From: Kofleriaceae bacterium | GTDB lineage: Bacteria; Myxococcota_A; Polyangia; Haliangiales; Haliangiaceae | Direction of reading: 5' to 3' | DNA: 64,000 bases | NCBI GenBank assembly: GCA_965215005.1 | Contig: CBDCCZ010000023.1 | Coordinates: 1 to 64,000 of the forward strand | Shown: piece by piece, positions 19,995 to 31,697 of the stretch | Position numbering within the stretch: the stretch's first letter is position 1 | Layout of the letters: each line of letters opens with the position of its first letter | Program-made: the position numbers and the translations under genes | Notes under the pieces: generated by a model | Database searches by the model: none | What the model was told of the DNA's origin: nothing | What the model saw: only the letters and a program-made list of their open reading frames with translations

Positions 19995-20942
19995 GTGCTG
20001 TTCGCGATAGGTGACGTTCATGGCTGTGCAGCCGAGCTGCGAATGCTGCTCGACAGGCTGCCCATTCACGCCGAAACCACCGTCGTCTTCGTCGGCGACT
20101 ACATCGATCGCGGCCCCGACTCGCGCCAGGTCATCGACGTCCTCTTGGAGCTGGGTCAACGTTGCAACGTGGTCTGCTTGCGCGGCAACCACGAGGCCAT
20201 GCTACTGGCGTTTCTCGAGGACCCAGAGTCGAACATGGCTGGCCTGTTCATCTACAACGGCGGCAGCGCGACCCTCGCCAGCTACGGCGACTCCGAAGGC
20301 AATTACGAGATCCCAACCAGCCATCGCCGGTTCTTCTCCGAGCTGCGTGTCTCTTATGAAGACCCGCAGGCATTCTTTGTTCACGCGGGCGTCCCCGACA
20401 TGCCGCTGAGCGAGCTCGATGAGAATCGCGACGGCCATAAGATGATGTGGATGCGAGGCGCGTTCTTGACCAGCACCTACGACTGGGGCAAGCCGATCGT
20501 TCACGGTCACACGCCGGTCACCGACGTGCAGCTGGCGCCCAACCGCATCAACGTCGACACCGGGTGCGTGTTCATGCATCGGCTGTCGGCGGTGTCGCTG
20601 CCCAGCCGCGAGGTCATCTCGGTACGCCGGCGGCAGCGACGGATGACGCCCTCGCTGCGCGACTCGCGCTCGTCGCGACAGGCGGTGCGGTTTCGCGGCC
20701 GAGTTGCGGTGCGAGTGGTCCGGGGCGACACGGTGATTCAGCTAGAGACGCTCGACTACAGCCCCATTGGCATGCTCGCGCGGCTGCTGGTACCGCAGCA
20801 GCATTGGGCCTTCGGCGAGCATGAAACCGTGCAAGGCCTCATCGGCAACGACGGCGGCGACGTGGTCGCGTTCACTGGCGTGGTGGTGCGGCGCGAGCGG
20901 CGCGACGAAGGCGAGTGCTACGGCATTCGCATTCTGCCGTAG
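19995..20942 (+). CDS. PPP-family metallophosphoesterase with C-terminal PilZ domain
   Basis: GDVHG, GDYIDRG, GNHE, HAG, HGHTP, DTG motifs; C-terminal RQAVR...DYSPIG. Confidence 0.9.
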   Translation: MLFAIGDVHGCAAELRMLLDRLPIHAETTVVFVGDYIDRGPDSRQVIDVLLELGQRCNVVCLRGNHEAMLLAFLEDPESNMAGLFIYNGGSATLASYGDSEGNYEIPTSHRRFFSELRVSYEDPQAFFVHAGVPDMPLSELDENRDGHKMMWMRGAFLTSTYDWGKPIVHGHTPVTDVQLAPNRINVDTGCVFMHRLSAVSLPSREVISVRRRQRRMTPSLRDSRSSRQAVRFRGRVAVRVVRGDTVIQLETLDYSPIGMLARLLVPQQHWAFGEHETVQGLIGNDGGDVVAFTGVVVRRERRDEGECYGIRILP

Positions 20943-21038
20943 CCCGGCGTCACGACGCCATGCTCAGAGCTCGACGCGCGGTCGGCCGCGGGCCGTGCAG
21001 CGCTATGGGCGTGTCGGCCGCGTGATAGGTTGGCGCGC

Positions 21039-22135
21039 ATGAGTGGACCGACGTACTGGGATTATTTGCAGCTCGATAAGCTCCTCACGCTGCAGGGCGG
21101 GCTGGAGGACAGCGAGTCCCAGCTGATGCCCGATGAGCTCCACTTCATCATCGTGCATCAGGCCTTCGAGCTCTGGTTCAAGCTCTCGCTGCGCGAGCTG
21201 CGACTGGCGCGCGACCATCTCGCCGCGCCGCTCGTCGCCGAAGAAAACATCCCGTACGTGGTCCACCACCTGCGTCGGGTCAGCGCCATTCTCGAGCTCA
21301 CGGTCGACCAGTTTCGCGTCATGGAAACGCTCACCCCGCAGGATTTCTTGGCGTTCCGCGACAAGCTCGTGCCCGCGAGCGGCTTCCAATCGTTTCAAAT
21401 GCGCGAAATCGAAATCCTGCTCGGGCTCGATGATGCGCAGCGAGTGAGCTATGCCGGCGTCGATCCGCTCGATCACATCCGCCGGCTCGCGAGTGGCTCC
21501 CCGGCCGGCAAGCTGGCGTGGGAACGCATCAGCCGCGCGCGCAGCGAAGGAAGCCTGCGGCAAGCCCTGCACGAGTGGCTGTATCGCACGCCGGTGCAAG
21601 GATCGCGGCCCGGCGATGCCGACGACGATGCCGTCATCGAGCGCTTCATAGAGACCTATTTGCACACGCTCGCACAGCTAAACCGCGAGAAAATCGACCG
21701 GCTGGTCGGCGCGCTCGGCGCGCCTCGGGAGTCCATTCGGGCGCAGGTCGAGTCCTCGGAAGAGCAGGCTTGCGCGTTCTTGCGGGCCACCGACGTCGAC
21801 GAAGCCGAGCGCGCTCGGATGCGCCGCGTTCGCGCCGGCGTGCTGTTCATCGAGAGCTATCGCGAGCTGCCGCTGCTTGCGTGGCCGCGGCTATTGATCG
21901 ACGCCGTGGTCGAGCTCGAAGAGCAGCTGGTGTTATTTCGCTCGCGGCACGCCCGGATGGTCGAGCGCATCATCGGTCGCCGCATCGGCACCGGGGCTCT
22001 ACCGGCGTCGACTATCTCGATAAAACCGCGCATTATCGAATCTTTCACGAGCTCTGGGCAGTGCGCACGCTGCTTGTCACCAAAGCCGACTTGCCAACGC
22101 TCGAGCGTCCCGAAGTCTACGGCTTTGCCAGCTGA
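21039..22135 (+). CDS. kynA: Tryptophan 2,3-dioxygenase (one-base frameshift at ~21993-21996, probably a sequencing error)
   Basis: TYWDYLQL, DELHFIIVHQAFELWFK, PASGFQSFQMRE, RHARMVERIIG; adding one G restores GTGGSTGVDYL...IFHELWAVRT. Confidence 0.92.
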
Positions 22136-22152
22136 GTCGTGCGAAGGCGCAA

Positions 22153-22932
22153 TCACTCTCCGCGGCCGCGGCGGCTCTTGGGTTTGCGCGCCTCGTCGTT
22201 GCGACCCGGGATGAGCGCGAGCGCGGCCAGCTCACGCAAACGCTCGAGCTGGGCGTCGGCGTACACCGGCGAGATGGCCGCGGCACGCTCGAGCAGCGCG
22301 ACGGCAATCGCCTCGCCATTGTAGGGGCCGACCTCCGAAGGCAGGCGATCGCGAGCTTGCGCGAGGCGTAGCGCAGCGTGCAGCTCCGCGCGCAGGCGCC
22401 GATGGCGACGCACCCGAGCGTGGGCCCGAAGGCGGCGTTGGGCGCTCGGGCTGGCGGCCGCCCCCGGCCGCGCATTGTCGAGGGCCGTCTGCCGCGCCGA
22501 GGAAGAACGCCGCACAGCGACGGTGGGAATCGCGATGAGCGGTCGCAACACCGCCGCCGCGGTGGGCGACGGGCGCCGCTGCCAGCGACGGCCAACCCGC
22601 AGCACCGCGACGTAGTCGCCGCGCGCCATCGCAGCGTGCACGCTGTCGCCGACCTGGGCGCGACTACTGCCAAGGAGCTGCTGTGCCGCCTGCTCCGCGG
22701 CCTGATGCCGCTCACTCAGCTCCTCGAGCCGCGTTCGCACCCGAGCGAGGAGGCGCTGCCGCGCTGCGCCCCGCCGCGCGGCAGCACGCTCTAGCAGCGC
22801 CGCCGCAAATCCCCACGACGGGCCATCGAAGACACGCGCCCCCGCCCGCTCGAGCTCGCGCAGCCGGCGGCGCAGCATCTCGACCTCACCGCTCACCGCG
22901 TCCCGCCAGGATGACCGCTCACGCGGCCTCAT
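22153..22932 (-). CDS. DUF2894-like protein (ZorG-like)
   Basis: C-terminal LPSEVGPYNGEAIAVALLE.AAAISPVY...LERL resembles the DUF2894 'P.naGPlN....L..l..lSP.Y' motif; start 22932 or 22896. Confidence 0.65.
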   Translation of the reverse strand: MRPRERSSWRDAVSGEVEMLRRRLRELERAGARVFDGPSWGFAAALLERAAARRGAARQRLLARVRTRLEELSERHQAAEQAAQQLLGSSRAQVGDSVHAAMARGDYVAVLRVGRRWQRRPSPTAAAVLRPLIAIPTVAVRRSSSARQTALDNARPGAAASPSAQRRLRAHARVRRHRRLRAELHAALRLAQARDRLPSEVGPYNGEAIAVALLERAAAISPVYADAQLERLRELAALALIPGRNDEARKPKSRRGRGE

Positions 22933-24541
22933 GAGCTCGAGGGCGATCGCTGGCGGGCGGCGGCGCTGGCAGGGCCGCGCGCAGGCTGCGGAGCTGGTCG
23001 AATAGCTCGCGGTGAAACACCAGCTGCTGCGAAAACAGCTCGTGGGTGGCACTGAGCTGCTCTGCCAGGACATCGGCGGCTGCGTGCTCACCCGCCTCTT
23101 GCACCGCGGCCTCGACCGCACCGAGTGACTCGAGCCAGAAATTCGCGGCGCTGCGGTGCCGATCGACCGACTCGGCAAACATTTCCGCCGCCGCCGACAG
23201 CTCCCCGCCGCCAGCACGCACCGCCTCGGACGCCTCTTGCGCCGACTCTACCGCTGATCGCACCGCTGTTGTCAGCCCGCTTCCGAGCTCATCGAGCCGC
23301 GCTGCCGCGGCGTCAAAAGCCGCCTTGTGCATCATCAACAGCCGTCGCTCCAGCGCCTCCTGCGCCTCGGAGTGACCCGCGGCAACCTCGGCAAGTGAGC
23401 TGCCCGCAAACGCGAGCTGACCGATGCCATCTTCGATCTGCGCCGCTCGTGCTTCGGCGGCGCCCGTGATCAGCTCGGCCGCCTCCGATTGCCGGTCCAC
23501 CGCCGCGACGAGCGCCTCGACCGCCGCTTGCAACGCACTGGTCGCGCCGCTGAGCTCGGCGCCCCGCGCCTCGGTTGCTATCGCACCCGCCTCGGCTTGC
23601 GCCCGCAGCGACGCCGCAACGCCGCCGAGCTCTGCGGCGACCTCGCCGAGCGCTTGCGCGTCCATCGCCTGCTCGCGCTGCCGCTGCTGTTCGGCCCGCT
23701 CGAGCTGCTCGAGAAGCGCGCGCGAACCGTCCTCCAGCCGCCGCACGGCAGCATCGTGGAGCTCTTGCCTCTGCGCCTCGAGGCCCTCTTCGTTGGCGGC
23801 ACCCGCCTCCCTCACCTGCTCGAGATGCGCTTGCAGCCCGCGGCCAAGACCTTGCAGCTGCTCGGCGACGCCATCCAGAAGCTGCTTTGTAGCGGCGCCA
23901 CGCGCCTCCGCCGCCGCAAGCTCGCGCGCCACGGCCCGATTTTCGACGGCCTCAACGGCACCAGGCAGCGCCGCCAGCTCGCGTATCGCCGCCTCCAGCG
24001 ACGACAGCCCCGATCGCAACACCTCTTGCTGTTCCCGAGCGGCTGGCCCCGCCGCCGACACACGCTGCTCCTGGCCGCGCACCAACGCGGCCGCCAGAGC
24101 CGCCAACCCACTCGCAATCGCCCCGGTCAACGCCACGGCCGCCGCCGCGCCCAGCGCCGGCGCCATCGCCGCACCGTGCAGCGCCGGCGCGAGCGCGAGC
24201 GCCGTGCCGGTCAAAGCGAGCACCAGCAGCGCCGCCACAACTGCCGCGCCGACCATCGCGGCCCCCACGGCCGCCGGGCCGTCATGAGCTCCCGCGCGAA
24301 CCAGCGCCGCCGCTCGGCGGCTGAGCCACCCGCCGGCGCCCATCATCGTGATGGCCATCGCCACGAGGACCGCGGTGATGGCCGCGGCAACCCCGGCGAG
24401 CAGCACCGCCACCACCACGATCCCCGCCGCGCCCAACAGCCAGATCGCGGTGACCCAAGCGGCGAGCGCAGACCCGCTGGCGTTTTTGACCTTGCCCGCG
24501 GCGCCTGGCGAGTCAGCGCTGGTTTGCTCGGCTGCGCTCAT
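22919..24541 (-). CDS. DUF802-like membrane protein with long coiled-coil tail (ZorA-like)
   Basis: ~4 hydrophobic helices followed by ~380 aa Ala/Glu-rich coiled coil; C-terminal FAESVDRH...LAEQLSATHELFSQQLVFHRELFDQL resembles the DUF802 protein C-terminus. Confidence 0.7.
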   Translation of the reverse strand: MSAAEQTSADSPGAAGKVKNASGSALAAWVTAIWLLGAAGIVVVAVLLAGVAAAITAVLVAMAITMMGAGGWLSRRAAALVRAGAHDGPAAVGAAMVGAAVVAALLVLALTGTALALAPALHGAAMAPALGAAAAVALTGAIASGLAALAAALVRGQEQRVSAAGPAAREQQEVLRSGLSSLEAAIRELAALPGAVEAVENRAVARELAAAEARGAATKQLLDGVAEQLQGLGRGLQAHLEQVREAGAANEEGLEAQRQELHDAAVRRLEDGSRALLEQLERAEQQRQREQAMDAQALGEVAAELGGVAASLRAQAEAGAIATEARGAELSGATSALQAAVEALVAAVDRQSEAAELITGAAEARAAQIEDGIGQLAFAGSSLAEVAAGHSEAQEALERRLLMMHKAAFDAAAARLDELGSGLTTAVRSAVESAQEASEAVRAGGGELSAAAEMFAESVDRHRSAANFWLESLGAVEAAVQEAGEHAAADVLAEQLSATHELFSQQLVFHRELFDQLRSLRAALPAPPPASDRPRAHEAA

Positions 24542-25401
24542 GCGTCTTGTCCTTCGCTAATCAAGGTTTCCGTGGCCAGCTCTTCGGCGGCTGTGACCAG
24601 CCCCTCGAGCGCGCGCGCCTCATGCCGGCACACCGCCACGATGGCGTCGCGGCACATGGCGATGTGTTGCCGCATCCAGCCGCCCGGCGCGTGCCACGGC
24701 TCGAGGTCCCGCGAGGTCCACGCCTCGGGGAGCGCTGCGATGGCGGCTTGTAAGCGGGCGACGAAGCGCCGATGGAGCTGCAGAGGAATGCGCTCAAACA
24801 GTTGCCGAGCGCGCGCCTCGGTCGCTTGCCGAAGATTGTTGTCGAGGCGCTCGAGGTACGCGGCCGCTTCTCCGAGCCGTCGCAAGTCCGCCGCGAGCTG
24901 CTCGCGCACCTGTTCGGTTCCGCCGCGCGCGATGCTGATGCGCTGGCCGATGCCGCGATGAAATTCGCCGGCAATTTCGTCGGCGGCGGCCGCCAGCGCC
25001 GACGGCGTGCGCGGCAACCCGCCATCGAGCAGCACCGCGTAGGTGATGGGCGTGTCGGCCATGGCGTAGCGGCCATGGAAGGGATCGCGCAGCGTGCGGG
25101 TGGCGGTGAGCTCAACGGCGCGGAGCCGCCAACGCCAGCTGAGCTGCTCCTGCCCATCGCGACGCTCCGGGGTCGGCGGCACGGCAACCAGGTCCAGAAA
25201 CTCGGCCATGCGTACGCTGCCGTGGAGCTGCAGCAGCCAACCGCACAGCTCAATCGGCGTGCACGCATCGGCGTCAGCGGCCGCTGCAGACGACTGCAAC
25301 GGCGGCCACACTTCGTTCACAGGCGATTCGCTAGACGTGGTTCTCAGATTCATGGCTGGCTCCGGCAAGGCACGACGCGACTCCTCCATGCGACGCGGCA
25401 C
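24538..25401 (-). CDS. DUF3348-like protein (ZorF-like)
   Basis: C-terminal LFERIP..LHRRF...PGGW......C...[15 protein letters not shown] resembles DUF3348; ATGA overlap with the next gene; start uncertain (25401/25389/25353). Confidence 0.6.
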   Translation of the reverse strand: MPRRMEESRRALPEPAMNLRTTSSESPVNEVWPPLQSSAAAADADACTPIELCGWLLQLHGSVRMAEFLDLVAVPPTPERRDGQEQLSWRWRLRAVELTATRTLRDPFHGRYAMADTPITYAVLLDGGLPRTPSALAAAADEIAGEFHRGIGQRISIARGGTEQVREQLAADLRRLGEAAAYLERLDNNLRQATEARARQLFERIPLQLHRRFVARLQAAIAALPEAWTSRDLEPWHAPGGWMRQHIAMCRDAIVAVCRHEARALEGLVTAAEELATETLISEGQDA

Positions 25402-25451
25402 CCTACCCTGGGCCTCTGACGTTCACCGCTCCGCCATGGCATCCTGGCGCC

Positions 25452-27263
<1,812 letters not shown>

Positions 27264-27278
27264 AGCCGCCGTAAACCG

Positions 27279-29264
27279 CTACTGCCGCGCGAGCTCGCCG
27301 CCAACCACGAGTCGCACCCGTTGATCGTACAAGGCGCCGCCTTCGCCGCCGTCGGTGAGCTCCGCGGCAATGAGCGCATTGGCGCTGTGCCCGGCGTCGT
27401 AGTGGCCGCCTTTGGGCAAGAGTGCAACGTCGCGTCGCTGCGCGGCGTCGTGGCGCACGCGCACCTCGAGCGCCCCCATGGCCGACTCGAGCCGCGCGCG
27501 GCCCCCATCCGGGGCGCCAGCGGCGGAATCCGGGTGCACCGTCACCTCGGCGAGCTCCCCCAGCGGAGCCGCCCACTGGCTGGCTTGCGACTTCGGCGTC
27601 GATACCGACAGGAGGTAGAGCGGATAGGCCTCCTCGCGGGGCTCGTCGAGCTCGCGCTGCGCGGGCTCGGGAAGCTCGGTGAGCAAGTTGGCCTTGCCGC
27701 TCGGCGTCTTGAAGCGCCTACCTTCGAACGCGATGCGCGGCGCCACCGGGCTGCGAACCGCGCCCTTCTCGAGAGCCTCTAGCGTCAAGCCGCCAGCCTT
27801 GGCGGCCGGGGTGAGCACGCGGTCCTGCCAGGAGCGCGCATCGCCGGCGACCACGTCGCTCAGCCCCACCCGGGAAGCGAGCGCTTGCATGATCTCCAAA
27901 TCGGTCTTCACCCCCGGCGGCGGCGGAACGACGGGCCGCGCCACACTCACGTAGTGATTGCCGTAGGCGCCCAGGATGTCGTCGGCCTCGAGGAGGGTGG
28001 TGGTCGGCAGCACCAGGTGCGCTCGCCGCGCGGTATCGGTCATGAACGAATCGACCACCACCACCAGCTCGCGACTCTCGAGCGCACGGGCGCTGGTCTG
28101 CGATTCGGGCATCATCGCCACCGGATTGCCAGCGGTCACCCACACCGCCTGAATCGGCGGGTCTTGCGCCGCCAAGATGCCGGGGCCAAACAGTGGCTCG
28201 GGAATGGTTCGCGGCGCTGCCGCGATGCCGGCGACGAAAGAGGTATCGAAGGGTGCGCCACGCTTGAAGTAGAACGACACCCCAGCGCCGGCAATGCCGA
28301 CGTTGCCGGTGATGGCGCCCAAGGCATCCACAGCGCGCACGATGGTGGCGCCGTTGCGGCGGCGGCCCATCCCCCAGCCAACCAGGATGGTGGTAGGACC
28401 CTCGCGCAGCGCGTCCGCGAGCGCGAGCGCCTCGGCTTCGTCAACCTCGGCTTCCCGGCACCAGGCTGCCAGCGACCGCCGGCGCGCCAGCGCCTCCAGC
28501 CCTTCGAGGCCGTCGCAGAACTGGTCCGCGTCGGGATGAACCCAGCCGCGCTCAAAGATGATGCGCGCCACCGCTAGCGCCAGCGCCAAGTCGCCGCCGG
28601 GTCGCGGCTGCACGTAGGCATCGCAGATCGCCGCGGTGCGGTGGTGCACCGGATCGATGAGCGTGAGGCGCGCACCATTTTCCTTGGCCCGCTTGAGCAC
28701 CGGCAAGCTGTGCGGGCTGGAAGTGTAGACGTTCTTGCCCCATAAAATGATGTGGCGCGCGTTCTCGAGGTCAAACAGCGCGCTTGCGTCGGCTTCGCCG
28801 AAATCCATCGTTTGCGCCCACTCGCCCGCGCCGGAGCAAATGTCGCCGCGCTTGATGGTGACCGGACCGAAGGCTTCGAAGAATAGGTCTGTAACCGCTT
28901 TGGTGATGCCCATCGACCCGGCGCTGCGGTAATGAAAGATCGCCGCCGGTCCGTAGGTGTCGCGGATGCGCACCAGCTCGGCAGCCGCCAGATCGAGCGC
29001 GGCGTCCCAGGAAATCGGCTCGAAGTGATCGCCCCGGCGCACCAGCGGCTGCGTGAGTCGGTCCGGCGAATACTGCGTTTTCAAAAATTGGTTGGTGCGG
29101 TAGCACAAAAACCCCTGCGTGACCGGATGCTCGCGGTCACCACGGAGCTGGGTGACGCGACCGTCTTCGACGGTGGCGACGATGCGACAGACATCGGGGC
29201 AGTCGCGGTTACAGGTGGTGTGGAGCTCGTGACGCGAAGGGCTCGGAGAGCGCGGCGGGGCCAT
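27279..29264 (-). CDS. Molybdopterin-dependent oxidoreductase
   Basis: TCNRDCPDVC..GDREHPVTQGFLC Fe-S motif; DSFMTDTARRAHLVLP; C-terminal molybdopterin-dinucleotide-binding domain. Confidence 0.93.
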   Translation of the reverse strand: MAPPRSPSPSRHELHTTCNRDCPDVCRIVATVEDGRVTQLRGDREHPVTQGFLCYRTNQFLKTQYSPDRLTQPLVRRGDHFEPISWDAALDLAAAELVRIRDTYGPAAIFHYRSAGSMGITKAVTDLFFEAFGPVTIKRGDICSGAGEWAQTMDFGEADASALFDLENARHIILWGKNVYTSSPHSLPVLKRAKENGARLTLIDPVHHRTAAICDAYVQPRPGGDLALALAVARIIFERGWVHPDADQFCDGLEGLEALARRRSLAAWCREAEVDEAEALALADALREGPTTILVGWGMGRRRNGATIVRAVDALGAITGNVGIAGAGVSFYFKRGAPFDTSFVAGIAAAPRTIPEPLFGPGILAAQDPPIQAVWVTAGNPVAMMPESQTSARALESRELVVVVDSFMTDTARRAHLVLPTTTLLEADDILGAYGNHYVSVARPVVPPPPGVKTDLEIMQALASRVGLSDVVAGDARSWQDRVLTPAAKAGGLTLEALEKGAVRSPVAPRIAFEGRRFKTPSGKANLLTELPEPAQRELDEPREEAYPLYLLSVSTPKSQASQWAAPLGELAEVTVHPDSAAGAPDGGRARLESAMGALEVRVRHDAAQRRDVALLPKGGHYDAGHSANALIAAELTDGGEGGALYDQRVRLVVGGELARQ

Positions 29265-29309
29265 CGTCTTGGCATAGCACGGCCGGCAGCGGTACTTCGA
29301 TGAGGCGCG

Positions 29310-29858
29310 CTACGTTGCGGCAGACGCGGCTGATTTGCCGGATTCAAACTGCGCGAGCGCGTCTTCGAAGTACTTGCGCGACTGCGTTAGTGAGGCGTGG
29401 GCTTCGTCGATGTAGCCGTCGGCGGCGCACGACCACACCCGGTTGAGGTAGCGCTCCCCGGCGGCGAACGGACTCATGACGTCGGCGTAGGCGCGCGGTC
29501 CCCAGGCGTGGGTAATCGAGCTGCGGGCGTCGGCAAAGGCAACGATCTCCTCGGGCAGCCGCTGGTCGATGCGGCCCGGCAGCTCGTAGACGTCGATCTC
29601 GTCCTTGCGGTCGTCGAGCTCCTGCACCTTGGCGACGATGCTGCGCAGCTTGGCATCGAGAGTCTCGAAGTTGCCCTCGATATGGCTCACGTCGTGAGCG
29701 CGCCGTCGCATCGCCACCTGCACCAGCACCACGCCGATGATCCCGACCAGCAGCGCGGGAGCGAACATGGCCCACGGCACGCCTTCGGGCTCGAGCACCC
29801 CGATGAAGGCACCCGCGCTAAAACCCACAGCGATGAAGAGAAGCCCAAACGCCTGCAT
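29310..29858 (-). CDS. Hypothetical membrane protein (OPT-associated)
   Basis: Two TM helices then FAAGERYLNRVWSCAADGYIDEA; starts 5 bp after the OPT stop. Confidence 0.8.
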   Translation of the reverse strand: MQAFGLLFIAVGFSAGAFIGVLEPEGVPWAMFAPALLVGIIGVVLVQVAMRRRAHDVSHIEGNFETLDAKLRSIVAKVQELDDRKDEIDVYELPGRIDQRLPEEIVAFADARSSITHAWGPRAYADVMSPFAAGERYLNRVWSCAADGYIDEAHASLTQSRKYFEDALAQFESGKSAASAAT

Positions 29859-29863
29859 GTTGA

Positions 29864-31603
29864 CTACCCTTGGAGGAAGACTTGATAGATAGCAGCACCG
29901 ACCCCCACCAAGGCCTCGCCGACCAAGAGGCCTGCGGCCATGGGAATGCCCACCTCTTCGCTCCAGGTCTTGCCGAGCTTCCAGTCGCTGAGCATCCGAA
30001 GCAGGGTGCCGATGGTGTAGGTGAGGACGATGTTGAACGGCAGATAGAAGCCGAGACCGACCAAGATGCCGAGGCCGCCGACACCCGAGGCGCTCAAGAT
30101 GGCGCCGAGCATCGCACCTGCGGCGTAACGCTCGACCGGCACGTCGGCGCCCAAGATGCCACCGATCATGCTGGCAAGCGCCTGCCCTTGCGGCGCCGGC
30201 AGTCGCGCCGAACCGAGGCCGTGTTGTTTGTGCAAAAGAACGATGAGCGACATGACAACGATGGGGCCGAGCCAGGCGCCAGTTAGCTGCGCGATCTGTT
30301 GCCGACGCGGCAGCGCCCCTACCAGGTAGCCAGTTTTCAAGTCGAGCATGAGGTCGGTGGCCTGCGACATCGCCACGCACATCGCAGCCCCCACCATCAC
30401 CGAGGAAATGATGGCCTCGGAGTCGCCGAGGCCACTTGCGACGAAGATCAGGATCGTGACCCCGATCAGCGTCATCCCCGACAGCGGCGACCAGTTGGTG
30501 CGACCGATGCATTCGGACAAGATCACGCCAGCGACCCAGATCCACAGCGTGCCGAGCAGCGCCATCACCAGACCACGGCCAAGCCCCATGTGCTCGGTCG
30601 ACAGAAACGACATTCCCAGGAGCACGACGAAGGCGCCGACCACGCCGTAGGTCAGCAGCTTGATCGGCATCTCATCGCGTGAGAGCTGAGAGCCCTGCTT
30701 GGAAGCTGCGCGCATGCTGCCGATGGCGCTGCGAATGACCGGCAACGCCAGGACGATGCCGGCGAGCGCGCCGCCGATGAGCATGCCGATGCCGAGCGGA
30801 CGAAACAGCGTGAGCCGCAGCCATTCGGCGACGCCGCCGACGTCAGCCGTGATATCGGGCCCGGGGATGTGGCCGGTGGTGGCGAGAATCGGCGCGAGCA
30901 CCCAATAGCAGACGTAGCCGCCGATGATAAAGAACACGCCGCCGCGGCCGGCCAGAAATCCGACCCCGACCGTGAGCAGCGAGACGTACCAGATACCGTT
31001 GGCGTAGTCGGGCCAGCCCAGCATCGCGCCGATGGCGAGGTCGTGGTAGCCGCCGAGTTGATAGATGAACAGATGAACGAGGCCGCTCACGGCAGCGCCG
31101 CCCAAGAGCAACATCGACTTGCGCATGCCCGCTCCGGGGGACTTGAGAATCGCGGCCACCGCAATGCCACCCGGGTATGGCAGGCGCTCGAAGTCGATCA
31201 TCTGCTTGCGTAGCGGGATGATGAACGCGATGCCCATGATGCCGCCGACGATGGCGCCGAGCACCAAGAGCGGATAGCTGAAGTCGGTGTGGCCGAGGAT
31301 GAATAGCGCGGGCACCGAGAACATCAGCCCCGACGAGGCACCATTGACCGCGCTAGCGACGGTTTGATTGATGTTGTTCTCGATGATGCTGTGGCGGCCG
31401 AGCAGGCCGCGCAAGATCGCAAAGCCGAGAATAGCCGCCAGCTCCGAGCCCTCGATGCTGAATCCGAGGATCAGCGAGGCGTAGCCAATGGCGAGTGAGA
31501 TGACGATTCCGAGCCCCCACCCGACGAGGACAGCGGTGATCGTAAGCTCCGGATACGGCCCGCGTCGCAGGGGGCCGTGTGGGCTAGAGGATGGTGACGC
31601 CAT
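29864..31603 (-). CDS. OPT/YSL family oligopeptide transporter
   Basis: PELT, ENNINQT.ASA, LPYPGGIAVA, DLKTGYLVGA.PRRQQIAQ, PAPQ motifs. Confidence 0.95.
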   Translation of the reverse strand: MASPSSSPHGPLRRGPYPELTITAVLVGWGLGIVISLAIGYASLILGFSIEGSELAAILGFAILRGLLGRHSIIENNINQTVASAVNGASSGLMFSVPALFILGHTDFSYPLLVLGAIVGGIMGIAFIIPLRKQMIDFERLPYPGGIAVAAILKSPGAGMRKSMLLLGGAAVSGLVHLFIYQLGGYHDLAIGAMLGWPDYANGIWYVSLLTVGVGFLAGRGGVFFIIGGYVCYWVLAPILATTGHIPGPDITADVGGVAEWLRLTLFRPLGIGMLIGGALAGIVLALPVIRSAIGSMRAASKQGSQLSRDEMPIKLLTYGVVGAFVVLLGMSFLSTEHMGLGRGLVMALLGTLWIWVAGVILSECIGRTNWSPLSGMTLIGVTILIFVASGLGDSEAIISSVMVGAAMCVAMSQATDLMLDLKTGYLVGALPRRQQIAQLTGAWLGPIVVMSLIVLLHKQHGLGSARLPAPQGQALASMIGGILGADVPVERYAAGAMLGAILSASGVGGLGILVGLGFYLPFNIVLTYTIGTLLRMLSDWKLGKTWSEEVGIPMAAGLLVGEALVGVGAAIYQVFLQG

Positions 31604-31697
31604 GCGGGGGCGGACCGTACAGCGGTCTATCGGTCACGTGCAACCGGCTGCGAGGCGATGACAGAGGGGGGCTCTCGCCGTGTCCGCGGTGCGCTGG

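Noticed and set aside
21990..22000. Programmed frameshift or true pseudogene in kynA
   Set aside because: One missing G in a G-run of an otherwise intact conserved gene; most likely a homopolymer error (check reads)
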